A DNA stretch of 62,746 nt, counting the filler, from Craspedostauros australis (lineage: Eukaryota): assembly GCA_030167865.1 (NCBI GenBank). It is 5 parts of 5 records of this genome, joined end to end, with 100 filler letters (N's around TTAATTAATTAA, not from the genome) between each part and the next. Parts side by side here need not be neighbours in the genome. Positions count along the whole stretch, not along the records: positions 1 to 27,457 come from JALAGF010006700.1; positions 27,558 to 41,605 come from JALAGF010006706.1; 3 more parts are not named here. The stretch is one strand, 5' to 3'. The translations under genes and the position numbers were made by a program. The notes beneath the pieces are model-generated. The model had not been told where the DNA came from and did no database searches. It was given only the letters and a program-made list of their open reading frames with translations. This document shows positions 23,074-35,700 of this stretch, one piece after another. How positions within the stretch are numbered: the first letter of the stretch is position 1; each line of letters begins with the position of its first letter.

Positions 23074-25349
23074 GGCTGCTCGGTACTTGGTGGTTGGTGA
23101 TTGATCGTTCAGGGTTGATAGTTGTTTGTTTGGTGTTGTCAGTTGACAACTTGGATGGATTTATGAGATGAAGAGTTTGATTTGTTGTTTGTTTGGACCA
23201 TTTTGCTTGCATCTTCGATGTTGTGCATGAGACAACATGATACAAGGACGGCATGATGTCGAGGAGGCCGAAGCTCCTTCACGACCTGGGACCTCCACAA
23301 CTAGTGGGATCACTGTTGGATAGAAAAGACTCTGCGGATCGATGCCGATGCCCAGCATTTATGGTGCAGCATGACCCTCCCTGATGTACATCATCCATTG
23401 GGCCTGAACTATATTGCGTCCGAGCAAAGCGCATGCGAGTATGATACGACTAGGACAAGCAGACAGGGAACCTTCACAACCTGGAACCTTCACATGTCAT
23501 TCTTCTTGATCCGCTGTTCTCGTCTGTACCAGGACAGGGCTTTGTCGCGGTCTGATTTCCACAAGCACACACTATGTGTATTGGCACGCAACACGCAACA
23601 CACAACATGTAACCACCACAACTCATTCGGTAAAACAACACTCTTGGAGTAGAGCAGCGGAAAATACATCAACATCTTGATCGCTTCAACGCAATAACGC
23701 AAGCGATGAATTGGTGTCTGGGTCTGCATCTTCCCAATAATAAACGAGAGAGAAAAGGACTCGCTAAATGTTGTGGAAGGGTCTTCAGTGATCGTCGCCT
23801 CCGTGATGCAAACACAATCAGGTCATAGAAACTTGTAGGGAACGAGAGCTGGTTGTGCTTTGAGGATCAAACACCCTTTCGAATTTTGGTTGAGCACATG
23901 TGGGTGGGAGGGGTTTGGTCTTTGAATATGTATCCTGGAGTAGAGTATCGCTTCTTGTTTACGACCTTGATATCCCTATTGAGTTTTGTTTCACGGTGTT
24001 CTTCGTACAAGTGCCATCAAAGCAAGTTGTGGGGCCAGAGAGGACCAATTCTTCTTCCCGGAGAAGACCTTCCGAACAAGGAAGGTTTCGGCCTTTCAGA
24101 GGGTGGTCCAAAGCAGTAAAGACACATCCAAACATAAAGCGGAGACCACACTGCGTGCAAACAACACGGTGCTTTCGATACGCCAAAATTGGAGCATGTG
24201 CACTCCACTTGTGCACCTCCCTTGGCTGATCTCATGTCTCTCCTTCCACACTACCAACTGCTGTGTTATGCAACCAATACGGTTGAGCAATTGCCATTGC
24301 CACCTCTCCGTGGTTTCTTCTTGCGTCGACACAAAATTCCACCAAGTTAACACACATGTGTGGCTCAGCGTGTCGCCGATAGTTCCTGGCTAAATGACTG
24401 TTGAGAGGAAATGTGCAATCGACGGGTTGTCATACTGTATCACATGAGCCAGACCAGATCCCAGGAGTTGTCTCTTGAGTGTCACAACGACGACACGCAG
24501 TCTTGAGAAAGGAATCAACACGCGAATGTGTCGCAACTGTTCTCCAGGAGGCATCCGTTGGAGTTCGATGTCGATGACCAGAACGGCAACACAAGAGCAA
24601 GGGCACGCTGAGGTGCGCATCAATGTGAGCATCACTCATACGATTGCGTGACCGAACCACATCTTACAACCTGACAACAATTTTTGCATAGAAGGCTCAA
24701 CATCCGATCACAATTGTATGGGGTTTGAATCCACACTGTTTGCGCTGGTGATGCCGCCACTTCATCAACCGCGGCTCCGACCTTCGTAGTGTTGCACTGT
24801 CCCAAAGAGAATCATCCTGTATTGTTCCACATCAATCATGATCGCAAACTCCTTTCCACCAAGAAGAGCAGAGCGATCTCCAGAGAGTGGAAGCGGAAGC
24901 CTCGAGTTGGATCAGAGGACCCAAACTGTCCTCCGAATGCGGATAGATACGAGCAGAGAAAGGGAGAGACTGGTTTGTGTCACGTCAAAGCACCATGTTG
25001 TACAGTCCCGAGCAAGCTCCCTTGTTTCGGTTGCGTGATGAACCGCAACTTGGATTGTTGCGAAAATGTGGCCCTGGCGCAAAGTCGTATCGTGTTAGCA
25101 TGTGTCAAATGTCGCTGCGACACGAATACGTCACAGTTTGTTGAGCGAGGAAAAAGTGTTTGGGCGGATGTGCCAACAACGTCAGTTTGAACCGACGAAA
25201 CAGGAAACCTCATCATGACGTTCTGCGATGTCTCCTCCACACCACACCAGAATTCAAACTGGTTGTCTCACAAAACAAATCCACAACAGAGAACCACCAA
25301 TGCCCAGAAACGGGATCAGCAATACGCACTCCACCAATACCATACACCG

Positions 25350-26300
25350 ATGAAGATGAGCACGACAACGGCGACGCAAACGAACAGCAACTGCACTCAA
25401 CACGATGTCCTCATGTCCACGATGACATCCCGCAGCATCCGAAGTCCGTATCTGCGCTCGTTCGCGTCCTTTGCCAACCGCAGCGGTGCAAACTTGTGGG
25501 TCATCGCTGTGGCCGTCGTGATGAGCATCATCGGTGCAATGCTCACATCGAGCAAGGTCGAATCCGCGCAACACGTCATACCGAATTCGATGTGCATTCC
25601 GGGTGGTGGATTCGCGGCCATGTTCCACGTGCTGGGACAGCTGACGCACGTGCCACGCGACCAGCTGCTGCAGCAGACGAACGTGTGCCGATCGGCCGGG
25701 TGCCTGACATTGGCGGCAACCTTGCAGGGTTGGACAGGCGACGACATGGTGCGGGCGTCCATTTACATTCAGGAACGGGTATTCACAGGTGAATTCACCG
25801 TCTACGACTATCTGTCGCAGATGGTGAACTTCATCATGGAAGATATTGAGAAGAGCGACAATGACGACGACGATCTGCCCGAATGGGTGTCCAAGATGGC
25901 CATCTTGAGCACTTCCAGTGAACAGTCGTCGCCCGAATACCTGCATCTCTTCGAAAGCAACACTACGTCGCCCGACGTCTTGACGGAGTTGCTGCAGCGC
26001 CATGCTCCAACCTGGATATCGTCAGCGTGGACGAGCAAGGCGACCATTACGACGCCAAAGACCAGGCAGGAGCTGCGCGATCGGTTAATGCAAAGCGCAT
26101 GGATTCCAGGCCTCACGGGTGGTGGATTGCATTACAAGAATCACGCGGATGGATTCTTCTCGTTGGGATCCGCACCGCAGTGTTCGAGCGAAGTGCCTTA
26201 CGCTTTTACGTGGCCGATGGTGCGGTATGCAGCCGACCATACCTTCAGTGAGGCGACAGCCTACGACCTGTTCGAAGCGGGCAAGAAATTCGGACTGTAG
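25350..26300 (+). CDS. Patatin-like (PNPLA-type) lipid hydrolase with an N-terminal membrane anchor
   Basis: Gly-rich loop CIPGGGF, nucleophile elbow CRSAG, SAWIP and ADG motifs, and transmembrane segment LWVIAVAVVMSIIGAML. The start codon is uncertain. Confidence 0.65.
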   Translation: MKMSTTTATQTNSNCTQHDVLMSTMTSRSIRSPYLRSFASFANRSGANLWVIAVAVVMSIIGAMLTSSKVESAQHVIPNSMCIPGGGFAAMFHVLGQLTHVPRDQLLQQTNVCRSAGCLTLAATLQGWTGDDMVRASIYIQERVFTGEFTVYDYLSQMVNFIMEDIEKSDNDDDDLPEWVSKMAILSTSSEQSSPEYLHLFESNTTSPDVLTELLQRHAPTWISSAWTSKATITTPKTRQELRDRLMQSAWIPGLTGGGLHYKNHADGFFSLGSAPQCSSEVPYAFTWPMVRYAADHTFSEATAYDLFEAGKKFGL

Positions 26301-26788
26301 CGTGGTGGAAAGCGTTGTACGATGGCTGCTTGTGCTGCGCAGGGAATGCCACGCTGGCATTGACCCGAGCGCTGTGGAATGGGCAGGACCTTGGGAGGTG
26401 TATTGGTGTCATAGGCGTACAGCTGAAACGACTCTCTAAGGTATCCTCGAAACCGCTTCAAGAATAGAAGGATAGATACATGGAATGGATAGATAGAACA
26501 CTACTCTACTTCATTCGTCTGCTTGAATTCGGTGTCCATGATAGCTTCAGGGTTGATCTCTTGGATGGATGGATGGATGGTGCTAGTACGATCTATGATC
26601 GGAACCCCAGATTTGATCATCAACGCTGTGCGGAGTTGTGGGAGATCTCGACCGAATCTTTTGGCGGTTGCGATTTGGACATCCACCGCGAGCGACAGAA
26701 TTGCCACAAAAATGCGAAGAGAGCAACCAGAACGAGAACGAGAACGAAGTGTTGACTCGCAATCGACCATTCCACCGCAATCGTCACA

Positions 26789-27457
26789 ATGGTCTCCAAG
26801 ACGACCACAGGCAGCAGCGACAATACCGATAGCGGCATGACGAGACGTCGACCGCTCAACATCGTGTTCATCCACCTCGATCTCGGAATCGGCGGAGCGG
26901 AGCAGCTGGTGCTGCAGCTAGCCACCGCCTCGCAGGAATGCAAGCACGACGTGACCATCGTCACGACCAGATGCGATCAGGACCATTGCTTCGACGCCGT
27001 CAAGCGTGCCTGCCGCGGCCGCCTCGTCGACACCGTTCGCATTTACGGCAACTGGATTGCGCCGACGATCGCGGGCAAGTTCACAGCACTGTGCAGTGCA
27101 TTGCGCATGCTCTATTTGGGAGGCATGGTGTGTCGCAAACATGCGTATGCCGATGTCATTGTGATTGACGTCCTGCCGACGCCCATACCGCTGCTGTTGC
27201 GATGGTTGCCGACGGCCGGGATTCTATTTTACTGCCATTTCCCAGACAAACTGCTGCTGCAAACAGCGGGCGGCAGCTCCGCCAAGCAGTACTACCGGCG
27301 ATGGCTGGATTCGATGGAGGAAGCCACCATGTCCATGGCCGATACGCTGGTTGTCAATTCGGAATTCACGCGGCAGGAAGTCACGAGAGTCTTTCCTTCC
27401 ACGACGCTGAATCGAGAGATCCGCATCTTGTATCCGGCTTTCGACAGTACCAACGCC
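26789..27457 (+). CDS. ALG2: Alpha-1,3/1,6-mannosyltransferase ALG2 (GT4), 5' part, truncated by the contig end
   Basis: IVFIHLDLGIGGAEQLV, DHCF, LFYCHFPDKLL, YRRWLD.MEEATM..AD..VVNSEFT and LYP are ALG2 motifs. Confidence 0.9.
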
Positions 27458-27557
27458 NNNNNNNNNNNNNNNNNNNNNNNNNNNNNNNNNNNNNNNNNNN
27501 NTTAATTAATTAANNNNNNNNNNNNNNNNNNNNNNNNNNNNNNNNNNNNNNNNNNNN
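27458..27557. other. Artificial contig-joining spacer (44 N + TTAATTAATTAA + 44 N)
   Basis: An identical 100-bp construct occurs four times, and the 12-mer places stop codons in all six frames. Confidence 0.95.
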
Positions 27558-30500
27558 CCATGCTCTGACCGCTCTTCATTGGATCCTCCATGTCGCTGAG
27601 GATGTGCAACTGCGCCGCGCATTATTTCCATGCAGTGTGTGCGCATTTTAGCATGTATCGCGTGGGCAATGTAGAAGCCAGTGTTCGATTGGCCATAGCG
27701 GCGCTGAAGATCAGTAAAGAACATGAGGCTTAATCCACAGAATGGTTCGAACGCGGTTTGATGGAGCACGAACAGCGAATGCGTCAACGAATTCATCCAT
27801 GGCATGAGCGTGAGATATTTAGCTACTCTTTGAGAGGGTGTAACAACCAGCGTCAATGAAGACAGTTGTGATGCGTGATCAGGAACTGATGTTTCCTCGC
27901 GAGGTTAGTATGCGGAAAAGCGACGAAAAGAGCTTGCAGTTGGTACATCTTTGGAAGAAGTGAGGTTCGAAGACCAGGACTACATGGGCAGGTGCAGGAG
28001 AGGATATTGCATCTATTGCAAGAAACGGCACGATGATCCGACGTCAGGGCGATGCACAACCTTGCGTAAAATGGAGAGACTCAGGTGAACAGCACAGTCC
28101 GAATCAAAAACACGTAATAACACACGATAATTTTTGGCGCGAACTTTTGTGTGTTCACGAATTGATGATCATGGCTGTCACGAGCATTAGTGACTGACTT
28201 CAAACACCCAAGGCAACACACAAAAGCATCCTGGACCGCTGACCAGCACACCACCCGAAGCAGAATGAAGTGGCGAATAAAGCCATGCCATTCACTTGAG
28301 CAATAGACGAAGCAGAATTGGATGCGGGTCTTTGGAAGGCAGTCGGTCGAGATTGGGCTAAGAAGCAACAAATTATTGTACCAGAATGCCGTAGACTCTA
28401 CGCAGTTACCAATGGCTACCAACGAAAAATTGTGGGCTTACGTCTGTACGTCGTCCGTATGAAAAAGGCCGATGTAGGTTCAAAAGAGGCATCGAGATAA
28501 ACAGGAAGTGGAGACCGTTTGCCAGCAATGGACAATCAACAGAGAGCTCTCACTCTCCTCTTTCTAATCATGTGAAGATGTCAGGCAACGGCCATCAACT
28601 CATCGAATGGTTGCTTGTGCCGTCGGCGATACGCCAATGGTTACCAGTAATTACCAACAAGTGCAAAAAAAAAACCGGAAATTAGCCACAAGACGATAGA
28701 GACATCAGAATCTTTGCTTTTCTTGCCCATGAGTTGTACTTGGGCTTTGTTGCTGTCGATGGATGGTGCAATGGATGATAGATCTGCGCGAGGAAAGAGG
28801 TAACGATCTCCATCACAAGGGAAGAGGCGTCGCCCACGTTGACCGGATGGACGGTACAGCACAGCACAGCACAACGCAACACATGGCAATGCAGCTGAAC
28901 GCAAGCCCACAAGGAGTGGGGATAGTGAAGGGACCGTGATGCGCGCCTTCATCATCATTGCTTTCTCGTCCTCCAAGCACCACATCAGCACGAACAAGGC
29001 ACGCAGCACCGGAAAGCAGGCAATCAGATTGCAATGATGGCGGGCGCATCGGGAATGACATCATTGCAATGCAACTCACTGCAATGGAATCAGGGCGGAG
29101 CACGAGTACGAGCACAGCAGATGACCTCTTGCATGACGTTGAACGAGGGCATCCGTACGCCCACCATCTCGCGCTGGCACCGTGCGGCTTTGTTCTATGA
29201 TAAGCAGATCCTGGGAGCACAGGGAGGCAGATGCAAGCTTCGATTGATCTGAGCACAGGTACGGTAATGTGAGATACGTACGAGTGGTGCGAGACCGTGC
29301 CAAGGAAGAGGGAAATGAAGCATGTTGCTACTCCTGTCCCACCCTAAGTCTCCATGCTCCTGCTCCGCGTTCATTGTCGACGGTGAAGATTGCCATCGTC
29401 CAATCCATCTTCGTCCATGTCGACTGCAGGAGTCTCTGCGTGGGTGAATTGAACCTGGAGAAGAGGTGATGCTCCACGTTACTCTACTCGTCTAGTATAA
29501 TATAATACTTGCCAGTGGAGAAGTTCATGCTCTTGTCCTCCAAAGGAACTCTTTGGTTGATTGACCATGGTGATGGTCATCATGTCCATGATGTCCATGA
29601 TGATCACCGCCGTCATCCTTTCGTAGGTATCAGTGATGCCGTCGGAGGACCACGCCTTCTCCTTCCCTCCGATTCAGCAAAGCCGTGTCGAGCATTGGGC
29701 ATCTGGACATCGCACATTGGACATCGCCATGCTCGCGCCCATGACCCTCCTTGGCGGTCTTCGCAGGCACCAACCAAGACCTCCCAGACAAGCATGGCGT
29801 TTTCTCGGAGAACAGGCCGTCTTCTGTGAAGGGTCGGCGACTGGGGAACACGACCGAAGATGCCAACCCCAAGACTACATCGCGCACATGCTGTGTTGGA
29901 CGATTCGCGCCTGAAACGGTCATCGCAACACTCCAACTCCCGTTCCATTCCCACTCCTCGCTGCGCACGATTACGAGGGTGCGAGTACGACCAGATTGCA
30001 TGAAAGGCATTGTCCATCGACATGAATCGCTCTCTTTCTCCGCTACTCGGCTCGTTGCTTCCCTTCACCTGGCGCACGGCATCCTTCCGTCGTCACCTTT
30101 TGTGACAACCGCTCAAGACGGATTCAAGTGCGAGTGCTCATGGGTGGGTGCTCCAACCGGAATGTAGACGCTCATGGAAACGGCAAGAAACGTCCAGGAG
30201 CGGAATGCGATTAGTCCCAAAGGACATCGGCGAGAAATGAGGACATAGAAGCCCGGGCAACGATGTTGCACATTCCGGAAGCGGGAGTGACGCGACGCGA
30301 CATCAATGAAGACTGCTCTGCTCTGCAACAGCGAAGCATCGCGCGTCTGGCAGCTTAAGAGTGAAAAAGGAGCTATACTTCAAGCATGTTGCAACAACTT
30401 GGTGTGTGTCATGCCCTGCTGTGGTTTGGAGGAGTGCAAGCGTGATGAATGGGTTGTAGAGTATGTGCATCGTCCACGATGGAAGTTGATGCGATCGGGA

Positions 30501-32751
30501 AGAGAAATGGGAGACCTTTCGCGCCAACCGCTGTCATGGTCGTGCACGTGGCTACTGTCCATGTGGGGCCGTCTTCCGCAAAGGCTATCAGCGTAGAGGA
30601 GGACTACGACTATACTGAAAGAGTTCTACTCCACCACCACTCTCTGGAGTATAGTACTCCAACTCGTCCGCTGTTCGGACCCGTAAGCTTGCGGGGCGAA
30701 AGTCGTGGACTTGTTCGAAGAGCGACAGCTTTTGCTGAGCACAGGATGACCATACGCGGGGCATACACGTACCTCGTTCTCGCCGCCTGGGAGACAAAGG
30801 ATCGAGACAATGCGGGCGTCGCTCCTCCCAACAGCTTGGAAAGCTGCGCAGACCCAGGAGACGCCACGGGCGACAACAAGCGAGAGATCCTCCTCCCGAC
30901 CATAGTCATTCCGTTGAATTGATATCCGCGCGCGTGCTCGTACGTGTGAAATACCAACACGATCACGAACAGAGATCAGGAGAGGGCAGAGAGGGTGGAG
31001 AGCACGATGCCGACTACATCCATTCTTGGAAAGTTCACAGCACCAACAGCGAGGCCGCAACACCACGAGACTGCGCTCCTCCTTGCCTTGAATAGCCGCA
31101 CGCGCACATCTCTGATTGCGCTCCTTGCGTTGGAGCGCTGATGCGGGTGGAGGAGAACTCGACAAGGATGGCGAAGCATGTCCATCGCGGTGTCATCCGC
31201 AATGGTGTCGATACGTGTTGCTCGCACATCTCATTGAAGAAGTCATGATACCTTCGCATTCCTGTTTTGGCAACAGTTGCGTTTTCGTTGTCCGTTTGTG
31301 GTCGTATAATAGTTGGTGTTAGTGCGTTGCACTCTCTATTTTGTTACCTTCTGTTTTGTGGAGTGACGATGCGTTGCCACACCGAGTTGATATTTTAAAC
31401 AGAACATGGCATAGTAGCTCCCCGCTACGCAGTTTCGTAAGCACGAATGCGCAGCCCATCCAACGTACGCACTGACTATTCCACGTCATGAATACCAGAC
31501 GCCATTGGCACGAGCTTCGCGTTGTGACTCGTGCACATAGCAATTTATATTGTGTTTGTGTGCATACATGTACTCCTGCAACTAAGCCTTAACTACACCA
31601 GTCATCTCCAATGTGCCATTTGCGCACACAACTTACTCTGCGAAGAATCCCGCACGACACCAATCAGGCCCAATCGTTCCGCAACGCCCCTGACAAGCTG
31701 TTTTCTGCGATTTCACCAACGAACTTGAACGCAATCCACAAGCAAGAAATGGGGATACGACACCCTTTGGGCTGGTTTTGTCTGTATGGACAAGGCACAG
31801 CGGCACGATGACACTTGGATGTCAACGTTTCTTGTCGGGTTTTATTGTGCGTCTTCTTGATTGGACAAGGCGTTCATGCACTGGAATGTCGCTTCCATAG
31901 ATAATGTCCATTGAAGTTCCAGAATACTCTTGGCACAGAGAAGGGTGACATTGAATCTGCCTGATTTCCATGAACCACTGCTTATTTCGAACCGCTCCTT
32001 TGGTCGGTCACAAGCGTGCCATAAATGAAGATGGTTCGTAGTCGCGTTATTTGCACCCAACAAGACCGAAAAGAGAAATCGAGATCGTTCGCTGTCGCTC
32101 AAGTCAGACGTGGTCACAATTTCTTTCCAGAAAAGTTGTCAAACCACGGACAAGGAATGCATTTACACATGAAATCGGACCAAGACAGTGGTTATCAATT
32201 CGAAGAGCGGATGACCTCGACACGTGCAAGAAACGAGCATCGCGGAACCACGGCAGGATAGGTAGTACGTCCAGGTCGTACATCTTACGGAGGAGAACGG
32301 TCTTGGGTGGAAAAGCCCAAACAGAGCCGTTGCGTTCGGGAAGGAGTAGTTGGTTGGATAGTGCACAGCACCAAATACCCTCGTACGTCCCAGCGCGCTC
32401 TCTGGTGCGGAACCGCGAAGAAAGCGCGCCAAGACCAACAACAATCGGATCGGAGGCCACGAGGAATACGCGCCTTGTCTGGTTGTTGGGCTATTTTGCC
32501 GCGTGGTTGTGCTCTTCTACCTCTGCATCAGGACCAACACTCCCAACAAGATCATAATTCAGCGACCTTCGCAGTTGAAACCGCAAGCACAAAACAGCGA
32601 CAACAGCGTTGACACCCCCAACAAAACCAAACATAACCAAACAACAAGCAAGCAAGAAACCCACACCAAGTCTTCTCTAGACGAACCCCCACTTCCACTT
32701 CCCATCCCTAGTGCTCCAACAACCCAGCAAGCACATACCCACAGACGCACG

Positions 32752-35700
32752 ATGTTCAAGCACATCACCGTCGCCGCCCTCGTGGCCTCAGCATCCCTGC
32801 TGATCGCCACCCCTGGCGTCATGGCCACGGACGGCTGCGCCGTTGACACCTTTGGCGCCATCCTCGACAGCCTCCCCGACCAGACCGACAACCCGGCCGA
32901 CATCCGCATCATCACCAAGACCACAGCCGAAGTCCCCGTCTGCGTCTACGACCCCGTTGTTGCTGGCTCCGTCAGCTTCCTCAGCGCTGCGCCAGCCTCC
33001 ACCTCGGCGCTCGAGAGCGACACCACCATGTACCTCTTCGCCGAGAAGACGGGACTCGAGTACACCTCCGCCCTAGGATCCGTGAATCTGGACGTCCTCG
33101 TCTCCGAGCTCGTGGGCGGCGGATCCCGCCGAAGCCTCTCTCTCACCGAGTTCTTCGGCTACACCGGCTCCAACTACTGCGGAACCGGCTGGATGGACAC
33201 CTTTAACGCCTGCATGACCTCCAAGCCGTGCCCAGGAGGGCAGAACAGCGAATGCGCCGACGGCCAGTCGTGCTTCGGAGGCATCAACTGCTCCGGCAAC
33301 TCCTACGGCAGCACCGACCTCCCGTACTCAGGCCCCAAGTTCTGCGGCAGTTCTTGGACCGACGCATCCAACACCTGCGCCTCTGCCGCCCCGTGCCCAG
33401 GAGGACAGGACAATGAGTGCCCTGATGGCCTCAAGTGCTTCTCTGACATCAACTGCGCCACCTCCACCACCTACACCCCTCCTGTGGAATCTTCGAGCTA
33501 CTCAGGCCCCAACTTCTGCGGCAGCTCCTGGACCGGCGCGAAGAACGGCTGTGCCACTGGCGCCCCATGTCCGGGAGGACAGAACGATGAGTGCCCCGAC
33601 GGAGAGTCGTGCTTCGGAGGCATTACTTGCCCAACCCCCACCACCTACGGCGCCGGAAGCACTAGCTCCTTCCTCGGTGACAGTGCCGGATCCTCCTCCT
33701 CGGCTTCGAGCTACACAGGCCCCAACTTCTGCGGCAGCTCCTGGACCGGCGCGAATGACGGCTGTGCCACTGGTGCCCCGTGCCCAGGAGCACAGGACAG
33801 CGAATGTCCCGATGGCCAGTCATGCTTCGGAGGCATCACCTGCCCAACCCCCACCACCTATGGCAGCACTAGCACCAGCGCAGCAACTTCCGGCTACACA
33901 GGCCCCAACTTCTGCGGTATCGACTGGATGAACGCAAAGAACATCTGCGCCGGGGGTGCTCCATGCCCAGGAGCACAGGACAGCGAATGTCCCGACGGCC
34001 TCAAGTGCTTCGGAGGCATCACCTGCGAAACCCCAACCACCTACGGCAGCACTAGCACCAGCACAGCAACTTCCAGCTACTCAGGCCCCAACTTCTGCGG
34101 CAGCTCCTGGACCAGCGCGAACGACGGCTGTGCCACTGGTGCCCCGTGCCCAGGAGCACAGGATAGTGAGTGTCCCGACGGCCAGTCGTGCTTCGGGGGC
34201 ATCACCTGCCCAACCCCAACCACCTACGGCGCCGGAAGCACTAGCTCCTTCCTCGATGACACTGCCGGATCCTCCTCCTCGACTTCGAGCTACACAGGTC
34301 CCAACTTCTGTGGAACCTCCTGGACGGGCGCGAAGAACGGCTGTGCCACTGGCGCCCCGTGCCCAGGAGCACAAGACAGCGAATGTCCCGATGGCCAGTC
34401 GTGCTTCGGAGGCATCACCTGCCCAACTCCCACCACCTACGGCAGCACCAGCGCAGCAACTTCGGGCTACACAGCCCCCAACTTCTGCGGCAGCTCCTGG
34501 ACCGACGCGAACAACAACTGTGCCACTGGTGCCCCATGCCCAGGAGCACAGGACAGTGAGTGTCCCGATGGCCAGTCGTGCTTCGGAGGTATCACCTGCC
34601 CAACTCCCACCACCTACGGCAGCGGAAGCACCAGCTCCTTCCTCGGTGGCAGTGCTGGATCCTCCTCGGCTTCGGGCTACACAGCCCCCAACTTCTGTGG
34701 AAGCTCCTGGACCAACGCGAACGACAACTGTGCCACTGGTGCCCCATGCCCAGGAGCACAGGATAGCGAATGTCCCGACGGCCAGTCATGCTTCGGAGGT
34801 ATCACCTGCCCAACTCCCACCACCTACGGCGCCGGAAGCACCAGCTCCTTCCTCGACAACACCACACCATCGTACACCGGCCCCTCGTTCTGTGGTGACA
34901 GCTGGTCGCTGGCGAATACCAACTGCGCCACTGGTGCTCCATGCCCAGGAGGAACCGACGGCGAATGTCCCGGCGGCCAGTCGTGCTTCGGAGGCATCAC
35001 CTGCCCAACCCCCACCACCTACGGTACCGGCGCTGCCCCAGTTCCAAACCTGAACTTCTGCGGCCCTACCTACGATGACGCGGAGGCTAACAAGTGCGGC
35101 AACGGTGCCCAGGCATGTCCAGGTGGAACCGCAGACGAGTGCCCAGGCAGCCAAGACTGTTTCAAGGTCTCCGCGTGCCCCGGAGCCGCCTACCTCGCAA
35201 CTGAGCAAGAATCCAACGCCTCCGTCAAGGCAGTCGGCTCATCCCCGGACGCCAGCTTCGGAAACCCTTCGTCCCTGTCCGCATCCCTCCCAGACGGCAC
35301 CTACAGCTCATACCTTCTCCACGCCGACTCCCCAGCGCAGTCCACCATCACGGCACTCCTGACCGGATCCATCCGCTTCCCAGGTCAAGAGGTGGTCGGA
35401 ATCATGTTCTCCAGCGGCGCTCTCAGCTCCACCGACTCCATCTTCGGCCTCTCCTCCACGCAGTACGGCGGATCCAGCGCCAACCGCGGCTGGGAGGTCC
35501 AGAGCGAGTTCCAGGACTTCCTCACCGTCTCCGAATCGTGCGAGGTCGACGTGTCCGCCCTCACCTGCCCTGCAACAACCGCCACCGAGTGTGCCATCAC
35601 CGCCAACCTCGGATCTGAGATTGGCGCCGTCGGTGCCGCCTACTCCGGCGACGAAGTCCACGACGATCCATTTCCCAACATCAACACCGGCACCCCGCTC

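Noticed and set aside
27502..27513. Recurrent TTAATTAATTAA palindrome (also at 41650, 54929 and 59771) as a biological motif or piggyBac target
   Set aside because: It is always centred in exactly 44+44 N, so it is an artificial six-frame-stop linker.
27558..32500. Numerous short ORFs in the 5 kb upstream of the adhesin-like gene (similarly 23300-25200 and 37500-39400)
   Set aside because: No recognisable motifs, codon bias or consistent splice structure. They may be decayed repeats, but no call can be supported.
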